Positions 1 to 9,523 of a stretch of DNA of 64,000 nucleotides are shown one piece after another. Position numbers and translations under genes: made by a program. This DNA comes from an uncultured delta proteobacterium (lineage in GTDB: Bacteria; Myxococcota_A; Polyangia; Polyangiales; Polyangiaceae): assembly GCA_963806225.1 (NCBI GenBank), contig CAWDXG010000001.1, positions 640,001 to 704,000 of the forward strand, in the 5' to 3' direction. The number at the start of each line of letters is the position of its first letter. The stretch's first letter is position 1. The notes beneath the pieces are model-generated. The model searched no databases and was not told the origin of the DNA. It worked only from the letters and a program-made list of their open reading frames with translations.

Positions 1-1
1 G

Positions 2-307
2 TTCTTCCGGGCTGTCCACCTGGTCAACTGGAACCAGTCTTCCAACGGAAACAGGGTCGACGCCGTCTCCAGCGCCACGCTGTCGCAGCCCCAGGCCCAC
101 CACGTAGTCTGGAACTGCACCGATACTTCGGAAAAGCCCGTGCAGCCCGGCACCTACCACGTGTACTTCGAGTTCACCGAGGACGATTCGGCGTCTGGTC
201 CCCCCCCGCCGAAGGTCGGGCACGTGGATTTCCAGGTCGGGAAGCCGCAGAACCTGAGCCCGCCGGATCAGCAGTACTTCACGAACATGCACCTGACGAT
301 CAAGTAG
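2..307 (+). CDS. 3' part of a DUF2271-like extracytoplasmic protein (5' end outside the window)
   Basis: Frame 2 is open from the window edge to TAG 305-307: FFRAVHLVNWNQSSNGNRVDAVSSATLSQPQAHHVVWNCTDTSEKPVQPGTYHVYFEFTE...; the DAVSSAT and WxxxD..G.Y pattern resembles DUF2271. Confidence 0.6.
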   Translation, partial: FFRAVHLVNWNQSSNGNRVDAVSSATLSQPQAHHVVWNCTDTSEKPVQPGTYHVYFEFTEDDSASGPPPPKVGHVDFQVGKPQNLSPPDQQYFTNMHLTIK

Positions 308-429
308 TCGCGGAGTCTCCGCGGCGACGGTCCGCTGTCCGCAATCCGGTGCAAGACCCTGAAATTATTGCATAGGCCGATCGCAACACTCCACAGCTTG
401 CCTGCGGAAACTACCGGCAAATCCCCAAT

Positions 430-445
430 TGGCACGCAGCGTGCT
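430..445 (+). promoter_or_regulatory. sigma54 -24/-12 promoter upstream of the PilZ gene
   Basis: TGGCACGCAGCGTGCT, with GG 431-432 and GC 443-444 at canonical spacing. Predicted TSS about 456, next to ATG 457. A TGCAA-N13-TTGCA dyad lies at 350-372. Confidence 0.65.
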
Positions 446-456
446 TTGTGCAGGGC

Positions 457-810
457 ATGCCCCCTCTGCCCGCTTTCGGGCACGCTGTCGACGCGGGTGC
501 GACCTGGCCCGGTGTCGAGCGCCGAGCGCATCGGCGGGTTCTTCTCGGCACGTCGCTGAAAGCACAAGGCGCTGGGACGCTGCTGGTTGGCAGGTGCCGG
601 AACATTTCGATGGGTGGGCTGGCGGCCAGCATCGAGGGACCGCTGGCCGTCGGAGCCGCGCTTTCGCTTGTCGTGGAGCTACCCGACGGTCCGGCGATCG
701 AGATGAGCGGCGAGGTGGTCCGCGTTGATCGTGGCAACGTCGGCGTGCGCTTCGTCGCATTGGCCCAACCCGCGCTGTTCGCGATTCTCTCGTACGTCGG
801 CAACCACTGA
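457..810 (+). CDS. PilZ domain protein (putative c-di-GMP receptor)
   Basis: ERRAHRR (RxxxR) and NISMGG (D/NxSxxG) motifs, C-terminal GVRF. Confidence 0.78.
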   Translation: MPPLPAFGHAVDAGATWPGVERRAHRRVLLGTSLKAQGAGTLLVGRCRNISMGGLAASIEGPLAVGAALSLVVELPDGPAIEMSGEVVRVDRGNVGVRFVALAQPALFAILSYVGNH

Positions 811-870
811 GCCCGGCGCGCCGGCAACATGCGGCAAAGTCCGCGGTCGCGCGAAGAGGCCGCGTTGAAG

Positions 871-2418
871 CTACCGGATTCTGGTCATGCGCCCGCGCCA
901 GAAGGGCTCGCGGAGCTTGCGCTTGAAGATCTTTCCCGAGGGCTCGCGCGGCAGCTCCGCTACGAACTCGATCGATCGCGGCAGCTTGTAGCGCGCGACT
1001 TTGTCGGAGAGATGAGCCGATAGCGCCGCTTCCGACGCCTCGGCAGCCTGCTCGAGCTCCACAACTGCGTGCAGGCGCTCACCCCATTCATCATCCGGTA
1101 TGCCGAACACGGCGCAGTCCCGCACGGCGGGATGGGTCATGAGTGCCGCCTCGATCTCCGCCGGATAGATGTTCACGCCGCCCGAGATGACCAGATCCGC
1201 GCGCCGGTCGACGAGATACAGATAGCCTTCGTCGTCGAGGTAGCCCATGTCGCCCGTGGCGAAGAGCTCGCCACGCGTTGCTTCCGTGAGCTTGCCGGAG
1301 GCGCCGTGGTAGTCGAAGCCGCGGCTCGCGTCCGAGCCCACGCAGACGTTGCCGACGCGCCCCGGGCCGAGCTCGCGGCCTTCTTCGTCGAGGATGCGGA
1401 CGAGCACGCCCGCGATGGCCCGACCGACGCTGCCGGGTCGAACGAGTGCTTCCGGCGCGCTGATGTACGTGCAGATGCCGGCCTCCGTGGAGCCGAAGTA
1501 CTCGTCCACGATCGGGCCCCACCAGTCGATCATCGCGCGCTTGGTCTCCTCGGGGCACGGGGCTGCGGCGTGCTGCACGGCGCGGAGCGAGTCGAGGCGG
1601 TAGCGACGGCGCGACGCCTCGGGCAGCGAGAGCAAACGGCGCATCATCGTGGGGACCAGGTGCACGTGCGTGACGCGATACGCGTCGATGGCGCGCAGTA
1701 CGGCTTCGGGATCGAAGCGTGGCAGGATCACCACGCGCCCGCCGAGCAGCAGACTGATGCGCGCGAAGGTGCTCGGCGCGGAGTGATAGAGCGGCCCGGT
1801 CACGAGATGGACCGGCTCCTCGCCGAGCTTGCAGACGTCGCGGAAGGTCTGCACGAAGCGGAGCGCGCGTTCCGGCGAGGCGGGGCCGCGCATCACGCCT
1901 TTCGGACGCCCTGTCGTGCCCGAGGTGTAGATCACCACGCCGGGTGCGGGACGCGCCTGTGCTTCGAACGGTTTCGCAGCAGCCAGTGCTGCCTGGTAGT
2001 CGGCGAAGTCGTCGAGCGTGCCGCCGACGAGCAGTCGGCGGCCGTCGAGGGCTTCGAGCCCGCGGGCCGCAGGGGCAATCCGCCCGGCGTGACCCATCGA
2101 GGTGACGAATGCACGAGCGGCGCTGTCCTCCAGCACGTAGCGCGCCTCCTCGGAAGACGCGTGGTAGTTGATGGGAACCGGAAAGGCTCCGAGGAGCTGA
2201 CATGCCACGCCGATTTCGAACACGGCGATGCAGTTGTCCAGCAGGTAGGCGACCCGGTCGCGCGCGCACACGCCGGCCGCATCCAACCATCCCGCGAGCC
2301 GTCTGCCACGCTCGCGGAGCTCTCCAGCCCCCAGGGTGCGCTCGCCGTCCGGCGCGAGCTCCAGCAGTACCCAGTCCCCGTCCTTCACCGGCGTCGATGG
2401 AGCCGTGGCGACGCACAC
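871..2418 (-). CDS. AMP-binding acyl-CoA synthetase
   Basis: IYTSGTTGRPKG, YFGSTE, TGDMG and SGGVNIYPAEIE adenylate-forming motifs. Confidence 0.9.
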   Translation of the reverse strand: MCVATAPSTPVKDGDWVLLELAPDGERTLGAGELRERGRRLAGWLDAAGVCARDRVAYLLDNCIAVFEIGVACQLLGAFPVPINYHASSEEARYVLEDSAARAFVTSMGHAGRIAPAARGLEALDGRRLLVGGTLDDFADYQAALAAAKPFEAQARPAPGVVIYTSGTTGRPKGVMRGPASPERALRFVQTFRDVCKLGEEPVHLVTGPLYHSAPSTFARISLLLGGRVVILPRFDPEAVLRAIDAYRVTHVHLVPTMMRRLLSLPEASRRRYRLDSLRAVQHAAAPCPEETKRAMIDWWGPIVDEYFGSTEAGICTYISAPEALVRPGSVGRAIAGVLVRILDEEGRELGPGRVGNVCVGSDASRGFDYHGASGKLTEATRGELFATGDMGYLDDEGYLYLVDRRADLVISGGVNIYPAEIEAALMTHPAVRDCAVFGIPDDEWGERLHAVVELEQAAEASEAALSAHLSDKVARYKLPRSIEFVAELPREPSGKIFKRKLREPFWRGRMTRIR

Positions 2419-2421
2419 TCG

Positions 2422-3015
2422 TCAAGCACGCCGGAACACCAGGACGTGGTTGTTCGCAGGCATGTCGACGACGCATTGGCGTGACAGCCCGACTTGTCCG
2501 CCCAGCGCGTCGAGATCCTGTACGTCGCGCACGCCCCAGCGAGGATCCCGGCTCTTCAGGGACGCGTCGAAGGCCTCGTTGCTCGGCGCGGTGAACTGCC
2601 CGTCGAAACGGAACGGCCCGTACAGGATGAGTGGCGCACCTTCCGGCAGCAGGCGCGCCGCTCCCGCGAAGAGGCCTTGTGCCGACGCCCAGGGCGAGAT
2701 GTGCACCATGTTGATGCTCACCACGGCATCGGCGCGCTCCACCGGCCACTTCGGGTGCTGGGCGTCCAGCTCGACGGGAGCACGGAGGTTGTCGAGCGCT
2801 GCTTCGGACCGATACGCCTCGATGCTGGCCAGCGCGGTCGGATCGACATCGCTCGGCTGCCACTCGATTCCGGGCAGAGACGCTGCGAAATGGACGGCGT
2901 GTTGGCCCGTGCCGCTGGCGATCTCGAGCACGACGCCCCGCTCTGGCAGCTCGCGACCGAGCACGTCCAGGATGGCATCGCGGTTCCGCTCCGCAGCCGG
3001 CGCGTGGCGCTTCAT
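2422..3015 (-). CDS. DUF938 family SAM-dependent methyltransferase
   Basis: APAAERN, VLEIASGTGQH, SNEAFD, MPANN motifs. ATG 3015 overlaps the cobB stop codon. Confidence 0.85.
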   Translation of the reverse strand: MKRHAPAAERNRDAILDVLGRELPERGVVLEIASGTGQHAVHFAASLPGIEWQPSDVDPTALASIEAYRSEAALDNLRAPVELDAQHPKWPVERADAVVSINMVHISPWASAQGLFAGAARLLPEGAPLILYGPFRFDGQFTAPSNEAFDASLKSRDPRWGVRDVQDLDALGGQVGLSRQCVVDMPANNHVLVFRRA

Positions 3016-3797
3016 CGCTGCACCCCCACGTGCGCTCCGCTCGTTTGTTCGAGCTCCGAAGCGATCAGCGGCAGCGCCTCTCCGGCTCGTGCGCGCAGCG
3101 GGAAATCGAGCCCGAGCGGGGTGGGTTCGGGGTTGACCTCGACCGTAAGGCGGCCCGCGCGCTTTGCGGCCAGTGCCGGCGCCGCGATGTAGTCGAACAG
3201 TGCCGTCGTGCCGGCGACGATCACCAGGTCCGGCGGCTCCCGGCCGAGCTCGCGTTCTATCCGCCGGATCTTCTCTTCCGGCAAGAGCTCGCCGAACAGG
3301 ACCGCGTCCGGCCGTCGCACTCCGCCGCAGACCGCGCAGCGAGGCGCGGCGTCTAGATCGGCCAGAGCGTCGAGGTGGGCCCGATCGCCGCAACTCATGC
3401 ACAGCGTCTCGCTGACCGTGCCGTGGATGTCGATCACGTTCCGGCTGCCCGCAAGCTGGTGCAACCCGTCCACGTTCTGGGTGAGGAGAACGAACCGCGC
3501 GGCAATGCGCTCCATCCGCGCGATGGCATGGTGGGCCGGATTCGGCGCGGCGCTCCGGGCCATGCGCGCGATCTTCGCGATGGCGCGCCACGTGCGGTCC
3601 GGATCGCTCCGGAGCGTGTGACCCGAAAGTGCCTCGATAGTGCGCTCTCCCTCGTCGGGGTCGTCGTAGATGCCTCCGCGGCCGCGGTAGGTCTGGATGC
3701 CCGATTCGGCCGAAACGCCGGCGCCCGTGATCACCCCGACCGAACGCACGCGCGCGAGCCGCTCACGGAGGCGCGGAGGGAGCTCGAAACCGGACAT
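3012..3797 (-). CDS. cobB: NAD-dependent protein deacylase (sirtuin)
   Basis: TGAGVSAESGI, TQNVDGLH, HG, two CxxC pairs, RPDAVLFGE. Confidence 0.88.
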   Translation of the reverse strand: MSGFELPPRLRERLARVRSVGVITGAGVSAESGIQTYRGRGGIYDDPDEGERTIEALSGHTLRSDPDRTWRAIAKIARMARSAAPNPAHHAIARMERIAARFVLLTQNVDGLHQLAGSRNVIDIHGTVSETLCMSCGDRAHLDALADLDAAPRCAVCGGVRRPDAVLFGELLPEEKIRRIERELGREPPDLVIVAGTTALFDYIAAPALAAKRAGRLTVEVNPEPTPLGLDFPLRARAGEALPLIASELEQTSGAHVGVQR

Positions 3798-3861
3798 CAC
3801 CCGGAGTCTAGCAAGCGCCACCGGCGGCGCCGGCCACGCCGAAGGGGGCGCGGCAATCCCC

Positions 3862-3983
3862 AGAAAAAGAGGTCAGCGGCCCTGGGAGAGGGGGGCATAC
3901 CCAGAGCCGCTGACCTGAGAGGGAGGCGCCCGGCCCGCGGTGGCGGGGGAGGGGGAGGGGGAAACACCACGAGCGGCGCCTGT
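3862..3983 (-). ncRNA. Putative sigma54-dependent sRNA of about 120 nt with Pxr-like architecture
   Basis: Intergenic. Two stem-loops with C-rich loops (GCUCGUGGUG/CACCGCGGGC; 17-bp AGGUCAGCGGCUCUGGG/CCCAGGGCCGCUGACCU), then CUUUUUCU. A sigma54 motif lies directly upstream. Confidence 0.65.
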
Positions 3984-3993
3984 CCGGGTGCAT

Positions 3994-4009
3994 TGCACGC
4001 CCTGTGCCA
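3994..4009 (-). promoter_or_regulatory. sigma54 -24/-12 promoter for the putative sRNA
   Basis: Minus strand TGGCACAGGGCGTGCA, GG 4008-4007 and GC 3996-3995; predicted +1 about 3983. Confidence 0.7.
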
Positions 4010-4123
4010 GCCCGGGTGCCACAACCGCCGTGCACTTGCGGCGCAGCAAGACCCGGAACCCTTCCAGATCTGACGATAGGATTCCACCAGCGAAATGCCG
4101 GTCCGGGAGCCAAGGCCCGCGGC

Positions 4124-5323
4124 CTACTCGGGCTGGACCGGGAAGCCCTTGAGCGGACCGAGCTGGTCGCGGTCGCGGTAGAACGTCGGCTCGCTCTGCA
4201 TGTACACGGCGAGGAGCTCGGCGAGCGACGAGAGCCCCTCGCGATGGGTGCGCTCGTAGCCGTGGGAGGCGTCGGCTCCGAAGCAGACGAGGGCCGTGCG
4301 CAGATCGTTGCCGGCCTCGAGCGCCGAGGCGGCATCGCAGCGGTAGTACTTGAACACATCGCGCTGGTGTTCGATGCCGAACTGCCGGCACAGGGCCAAG
4401 AGCTTGTGCGACAGGTGGTAGTCGAATGGCCCCGTCGAATCGCCCATCGCGATCGTGACGCCGCGCTCGCGCGAGTTCTGCCCGGGTGCGGGCGTTGCAT
4501 TGTCGACGGCGACCATTTCCGTCACGTCGCCGTGCAGGATGGCTGACGCGCCGGAGCCGACCTCTTCCGAGATCGTGAACAGGAGGTGGCAATCCACGGG
4601 GACGGGAGCGCCGCTGCTGACCACCGCCCTGGCCGCCGCCAGCATCGCCGCAACGCCCGCCTTGTTGTCGAGGTGCCGCGAGTTGATGAAGCCGTTTTCC
4701 GTCACTTCCGGACGAGGATCGAGCGCGATGAAATCGCCAATCGCGAAACCCACGTGCGCCAGCTCCTCCGCCGTGCGGCAGAAATCGTCGGTGCGCACTT
4801 CGACGTTGTCCCAGCTCACCGGCTGCGTATCGACTTCCTCGTTGAAGGTGTGCCCCGAGGCTTTGAGCGGAAGGATCGTTCCGCGGCGGGAACCGTGATT
4901 GTCGGTGAAGATCGTGACGCGACCGCCTTCGGCGAAGCGGCTGGACCAGTGGCCGATGGGGACGATCTCGAGGCGGCCGTTCTGCTTGAGGTTCTTCACC
5001 ATGGCGCCGAGCGTGTCGAGATGGCTGACGATCGCCCGGCTCGGGTTGGATTGGCGCCCCTTGATGTACGCACGCATGGCACCGCGGCGCGTGAGCTCGA
5101 ACGAGATGCCGAGCTTCTGCAGTTCCTCGCCGACGTGATGAACGATGCGATCGGTGTACCCGCTCGGGCTGGGTATCTCGAGCAGGCCGAGCAGCGTGTC
5201 GACGAGGTACTCCCCGTCGATCAGCAGCCGCTTCATCGGCTTCTCGGTGGTGCCCTGCTGGTTCTTCTCGGTTCGCGCTTCGGGGGCGCGTTGTCTGCGA
5301 TACTTTTCGAGATCGGTTGGCAT
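4124..5323 (-). CDS. Osmoprotectant NAGGN system M42 family peptidase
   Basis: SHLDTLG, SRHLDNKAG, SEEVG, ASHGYERTH motifs; third gene of the asnO-ngg operon. Alternative start at 5236. Confidence 0.85.
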   Translation of the reverse strand: MPTDLEKYRRQRAPEARTEKNQQGTTEKPMKRLLIDGEYLVDTLLGLLEIPSPSGYTDRIVHHVGEELQKLGISFELTRRGAMRAYIKGRQSNPSRAIVSHLDTLGAMVKNLKQNGRLEIVPIGHWSSRFAEGGRVTIFTDNHGSRRGTILPLKASGHTFNEEVDTQPVSWDNVEVRTDDFCRTAEELAHVGFAIGDFIALDPRPEVTENGFINSRHLDNKAGVAAMLAAARAVVSSGAPVPVDCHLLFTISEEVGSGASAILHGDVTEMVAVDNATPAPGQNSRERGVTIAMGDSTGPFDYHLSHKLLALCRQFGIEHQRDVFKYYRCDAASALEAGNDLRTALVCFGADASHGYERTHREGLSSLAELLAVYMQSEPTFYRDRDQLGPLKGFPVQPE

Positions 5324-5327
5324 ACGT

Positions 5328-7172
5328 CTAGATGATGACACTTGCGGTCTGGGGGAACAGCAGATCGACGAAACGCTCGGCGGTCGGTTGCGGTTCGTGG
5401 TTCGCAAGCCCGGGCCGCTCGTTGGCTTCGATGATCCAGTAGCGTGGGCCGTCGACCGAGGGCACGACGAAATCGAGCCCCACGACCGGGATATTCAGCG
5501 CGGTTGCGGCGGTCTCGGCGGCGCTCACCAGTCGCGGATGCAGGTCGGCGGTCACATCGTGGATGGTACCACCGGTGTGCAGATTCGCCGTCTTGCGGAC
5601 CACGACCGTCTCCCCGGCCGGCAATTGGGTGTCCAGCGAGTACCCCGCGCGCTTGACGCAGCGCTCCGTTTCCTCGTCGAGCGGGATCCGGCTCTCTCCC
5701 CCTGTGGCCGCCGCGCGCCGTCGGCTCTGTTTCTCGATCAGGCTGCGGATCGTGTGTTGGCCGGTTCCGGTGACCTGCGGCGGATGGCGGACGGCGGCCG
5801 CGACGACCCGGAAATCGATGACGATGATGCGCAGGTCCTCGCCTTCCACCATCTCCTCGATCAGCACGGTGTCGGAGCACTGCCTGGCGGCTTCGGCGGC
5901 CCGGCGGAGCTCCTTCTTCGTGCGGATGTCCACCCGGACGCCTCTGCCCTGCTCGCCGCGGGCTGGTTTGACGACGACGCGGCTATGCAGGGCGAGGAAC
6001 GCTTCGTCGTCTTTCCTGCGGGTGGCGTTCGTCTGCGCGGGCACGTTCAGCCCCGACTCGAGCAGCACGCGCCGCGTGACGCGCTTGTCGTCGCAGCGGC
6101 TCATCGCCACGGCGTTGGTGAGCTCGCTGAGCGATTCCCTGCAGGTGATGGTGCGACCGCCGAAGCTCAACGCGAAGAATCCGCCCTCTTCGTCCAGCAC
6201 TTCCACCCCGATCCCGCGGCGGCGCGCTTCGCGCACGATGATGGCGGCGTAGGGGTTGAGCTCCGCTTCCGGCGGGCTCGCGATGAACAGGGGCTCGTTG
6301 ATGACGTTCTTCTTCTTGACGCAGAAGACCGGTACGCGCTGGAAGCCGAGCTTCTCGTAGAGCGCGATGGCCTGCTTGTTGTCGTGCATCACCGAGAGGT
6401 CGAGGAACGCCCGGCCGCGGGCGATGTAGTGCTCCAGGAGGTGCGTGACCAGCGCCTGGCCCACGCCGGGGTGCGTCGTCTGCGGATCCACTGCCAGCGC
6501 CCAGAGGCTGCAGCCGTTTTCCGGGTCACCGAAGGCTTCCAGGTGATCGACTCCAGTGACCGTGCCGATGACCTCTCCGGTGCTCGCATCCTCGGCCACG
6601 AGGTACGTCAGGACGCGTGATTTGCGCTGCGCCCATACGAAATCCGGATCCGCCTCGACCATGTGGCGGCGCTTGTAGATGTCGTTTGCGCTTACCGCGT
6701 CGGAACGCTTCTGCAGCCGCCGCACCGTGTAGCCGGCCGCGGGCGCCGGCGGAGGGCGGTACTGCTCGAGGTACAGGCGGTACGTGTGCGACGGGTCCAG
6801 GAACAGATCCTGCGGTGCGATCGACAGCACGACGTGCGGGTCGCCGAGGTAGAAGGCGATGTCCCGCGTGCCCGGTCGCTCCTCGCACAGGGCGTGCGCG
6901 ATCTGTTCGTTCGAGTCGAAAGTATGGCCGAACAAGAGGCGGCCCCAGCCGCAGTCGACGACGACGTTGTGCTCGGCGTGCGACTCGTCCGCACGCCCCG
7001 GATGTTTCCAGGTCTTGAGCGTGGGCGCGTTGTCGCGATCGACCCGGTGGTGCGAGCCAGGTCCGAGTCGCTCGGGGTTCATGCGGGTTGCCGCGCGCGG
7101 CTTCCTCCCGCCGCGCGCCACCTCACCATCGCCCCTCCGCGTAGACAAGACATTCACCCCTTCCGCTGTCAA
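5328..7172 (-). CDS. ngg: N-acetylglutaminylglutamine synthetase (GNAT + ATP-grasp)
   Basis: DCGWGRLLFGHTF, LFLDPSHTYRL, a GNAT domain, and an ATP-grasp domain with KTANLHTGG and EANERPGLANH. Confidence 0.88.
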   Translation of the reverse strand: MTAEGVNVLSTRRGDGEVARGGRKPRAATRMNPERLGPGSHHRVDRDNAPTLKTWKHPGRADESHAEHNVVVDCGWGRLLFGHTFDSNEQIAHALCEERPGTRDIAFYLGDPHVVLSIAPQDLFLDPSHTYRLYLEQYRPPPAPAAGYTVRRLQKRSDAVSANDIYKRRHMVEADPDFVWAQRKSRVLTYLVAEDASTGEVIGTVTGVDHLEAFGDPENGCSLWALAVDPQTTHPGVGQALVTHLLEHYIARGRAFLDLSVMHDNKQAIALYEKLGFQRVPVFCVKKKNVINEPLFIASPPEAELNPYAAIIVREARRRGIGVEVLDEEGGFFALSFGGRTITCRESLSELTNAVAMSRCDDKRVTRRVLLESGLNVPAQTNATRRKDDEAFLALHSRVVVKPARGEQGRGVRVDIRTKKELRRAAEAARQCSDTVLIEEMVEGEDLRIIVIDFRVVAAAVRHPPQVTGTGQHTIRSLIEKQSRRRAAATGGESRIPLDEETERCVKRAGYSLDTQLPAGETVVVRKTANLHTGGTIHDVTADLHPRLVSAAETAATALNIPVVGLDFVVPSVDGPRYWIIEANERPGLANHEPQPTAERFVDLLFPQTASVII

Positions 7173-8941
7173 AGGTCGTGGATCTGCAGCCAGAGCTCGA
7201 GCAGGGCGACCTGCCAGAGCTTCGAGCCGCCGAGCGGCGTGATGTGGTGCTCGGGATCCGATAGCAAGGTGTCGACGTAGCTCCGCTGGAACACGCCTCG
7301 CTGTCGGGCACGGGGCGCGTCGAGCGCGTCCCTCACCATCTCCAGGTACGGGCCCCCGAGGTACTTGAGCGCGGGAACCGGGAAGTAGCCCTTCGGGCGG
7401 TCGATGACCGCGGACGGAATGACCCGCCGGGCGGCCTCCTTCAGGACGTGCTTGCCGCCGCCCGCCACCTTCATCTCCGCGGGTACGCGAGCCGCCAGTT
7501 CCACCACGTCGTGATCCAGGAACGGGACCCGCGCCTCCAGGCCCCAGGCCATGGTCATGTTGTCGACGCGCTTGACCGGATCGTCCACCAGCATGATGGT
7601 CGTGTCGATCCGGAGCACCTTGTCGATGGCGCGGCCGGCGCCGGGCTCTGCGAAGTGGCGGCGGACGAACTCGCGGCTGAAGTCGTCACTGACCAGGCCC
7701 GGTTCGACGACACGGGCGTAGTCGGCGTGATCGCGGTCGAAGAAGACCCGCGCGTAGTCGCCTACAGCGTCGGTGCTCTCGAGCATCGGCGGATACCAGT
7801 GGTAGCCGGCGAAGATCTCGTCCGCTCCCTGACCGCTCTGTACGACCTTGACGTGCTTTTTCACCTCCTCCGACAGGAGGTAGAAGCCGATCGCATCGTG
7901 GCTGACCATGGGTTCGCTCATCGAGTCGATGCAGCGGATCAGGCTCGGCAGGGCGCGGCTGGAATCCACGAAGATCTTGTGGTGCGTCGTCTCGAAGCGC
8001 TCGGCGACGATGTCCGAGTACATGAACTCGTCGCCCTTTTCCCGGCCGACCGTCTCGAAGCCGATCGAGAACGTCTCGAGGCCTTTCTGCCCGGCTTCGG
8101 CCAGGAGCCCCACGACGAGACTCGAGTCCAGCCCCCCGGAGAGCAGCACGCCGACCGGCACGTCCGCGACCAGGCGTCTCTTGACGGCCCTGCGCAGCAC
8201 CTCCAGCACGCGCTCCTGCCACTCCTCGAAGGAGACACCGGCCTCGCCCTCTTCGGGTTCGAACACGGGCCGCCAGTAGATGCGCTCGCGCCGCGAGCCG
8301 TCCGGCTCCACCACCATCAGCGTCGCCGGAGGGAGCTTCCGCACTCCCTGGAGGATCGTGTGCGGCGCGGGGACGACCGCGTGGAAGCTCATGTAGTGAT
8401 GCAGCGCGACCGGGTCGATATTGGTGTCGACGCCGCCTGCCTTCACGATCGCCGGCAGCGACGACGAGAAGCGCAGCGCTCCATCGACCTCCGCGTAGTA
8501 GAGTGGCTTGATGCCGAGCCGGTCGCGGGCCATCACCACCCGGCCGCTGTCGCGCTCGAGGATCGCAAACGCGAACATGCCGTACAGCCGCTCGACGAAC
8601 CCTTCTCCCCAGGCGTGGTAGGCCTTGAGCAGGACCTCCGTGTCGCCGGTCGAGAAGAAGCGATAGCCTTTGGCTTCGAGCTCCTTCTTGAGCTCCGGGT
8701 AGTTGTAGATCGCGCCGTTGTAGACGATGTTCAGCCCGAGCGCGCTGTCGACCATCGGCTGCTGTGCGCTCTCCGTCAGATCGATGATCTCGAGCCGACG
8801 GTGCCCCAGCGCGACGCGCCCACGAGCCAGAAGGCCGGACGCGTCCGGCCCGCGCGGCTCCATGGCAGCGGTCATGCGCTCGACCGCGTCGATCGAGGCC
8901 GCGCTACCGTCCGAGCGGATTTCGCCGCAGATCCCGCACAA
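7169..8941 (-). CDS. asnO: N-acetylglutaminylglutamine amidotransferase (AsnB-like)
   Basis: TTG start at 8941 gives (M)CGICG with the N-terminal nucleophile Cys; RGPD, LGHRRL, SGGLDSS, SGQGADE; directly upstream of ngg. Confidence 0.87.
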   Translation of the reverse strand: MCGICGEIRSDGSAASIDAVERMTAAMEPRGPDASGLLARGRVALGHRRLEIIDLTESAQQPMVDSALGLNIVYNGAIYNYPELKKELEAKGYRFFSTGDTEVLLKAYHAWGEGFVERLYGMFAFAILERDSGRVVMARDRLGIKPLYYAEVDGALRFSSSLPAIVKAGGVDTNIDPVALHHYMSFHAVVPAPHTILQGVRKLPPATLMVVEPDGSRRERIYWRPVFEPEEGEAGVSFEEWQERVLEVLRRAVKRRLVADVPVGVLLSGGLDSSLVVGLLAEAGQKGLETFSIGFETVGREKGDEFMYSDIVAERFETTHHKIFVDSSRALPSLIRCIDSMSEPMVSHDAIGFYLLSEEVKKHVKVVQSGQGADEIFAGYHWYPPMLESTDAVGDYARVFFDRDHADYARVVEPGLVSDDFSREFVRRHFAEPGAGRAIDKVLRIDTTIMLVDDPVKRVDNMTMAWGLEARVPFLDHDVVELAARVPAEMKVAGGGKHVLKEAARRVIPSAVIDRPKGYFPVPALKYLGGPYLEMVRDALDAPRARQRGVFQRSYVDTLLSDPEHHITPLGGSKLWQVALLELWLQIHDL

Positions 8942-9523
8942 GTGAGCGTTCGTCCCTGGGTATGCCAGCGCCCCGGAAATCAAGCCGCCGCAGTGGCCGC
9001 CCGACAACGCCGCTCGACCGACCCCGATGGCAGCCGAGCCGCGTGCTCTTCCGGTAGCAGTTGAGTACCATCGTATAACAATCCGGCCTTCCGCTGTCCA
9101 CCGGCGGCGCGGCGCAAATCCCGGTAATTCCAGCGTCATTCCGCAAGCGCGCGGGCGGCACCTGCTCGGCCGCGGGGCGCTCGCGCTTCGCGACACGCGC
9201 GGAAGGGCGAGCCGCTTGTGGTCGGACATCCGGCTGCGCGTGGTTGCCGGCGCGTCGATCGCGCTTCAGTTTCCATGTGGAGGTGAAGCCCCCCGGAGGT
9301 GAAGCGGACCTGGACCTGCTTGCTGGAGCCGGCGCGGGTTGCGTGCCGCTCCGGCACACACGGTAGCGAGTCATCCGCCGTCACCGGAAGTCGGAAGCCG
9401 GGAAGTCGGATCGTCCCGATGCACAGGGCTTTCGTGGGTGCGACATCACCGCCGATGTAGGTGCTGCTCCCACTGCTCTCGCCCTCTTTCATAATATCGG
9501 GAGCGCGCCCCGACTCACCAGTC

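Noticed and set aside
8942..9523. Long gap with a short GGAGGTGAAGC duplication and small ORFs
   Set aside because: No convincing CDS, RNA structure or array; probably divergent promoters plus debris.
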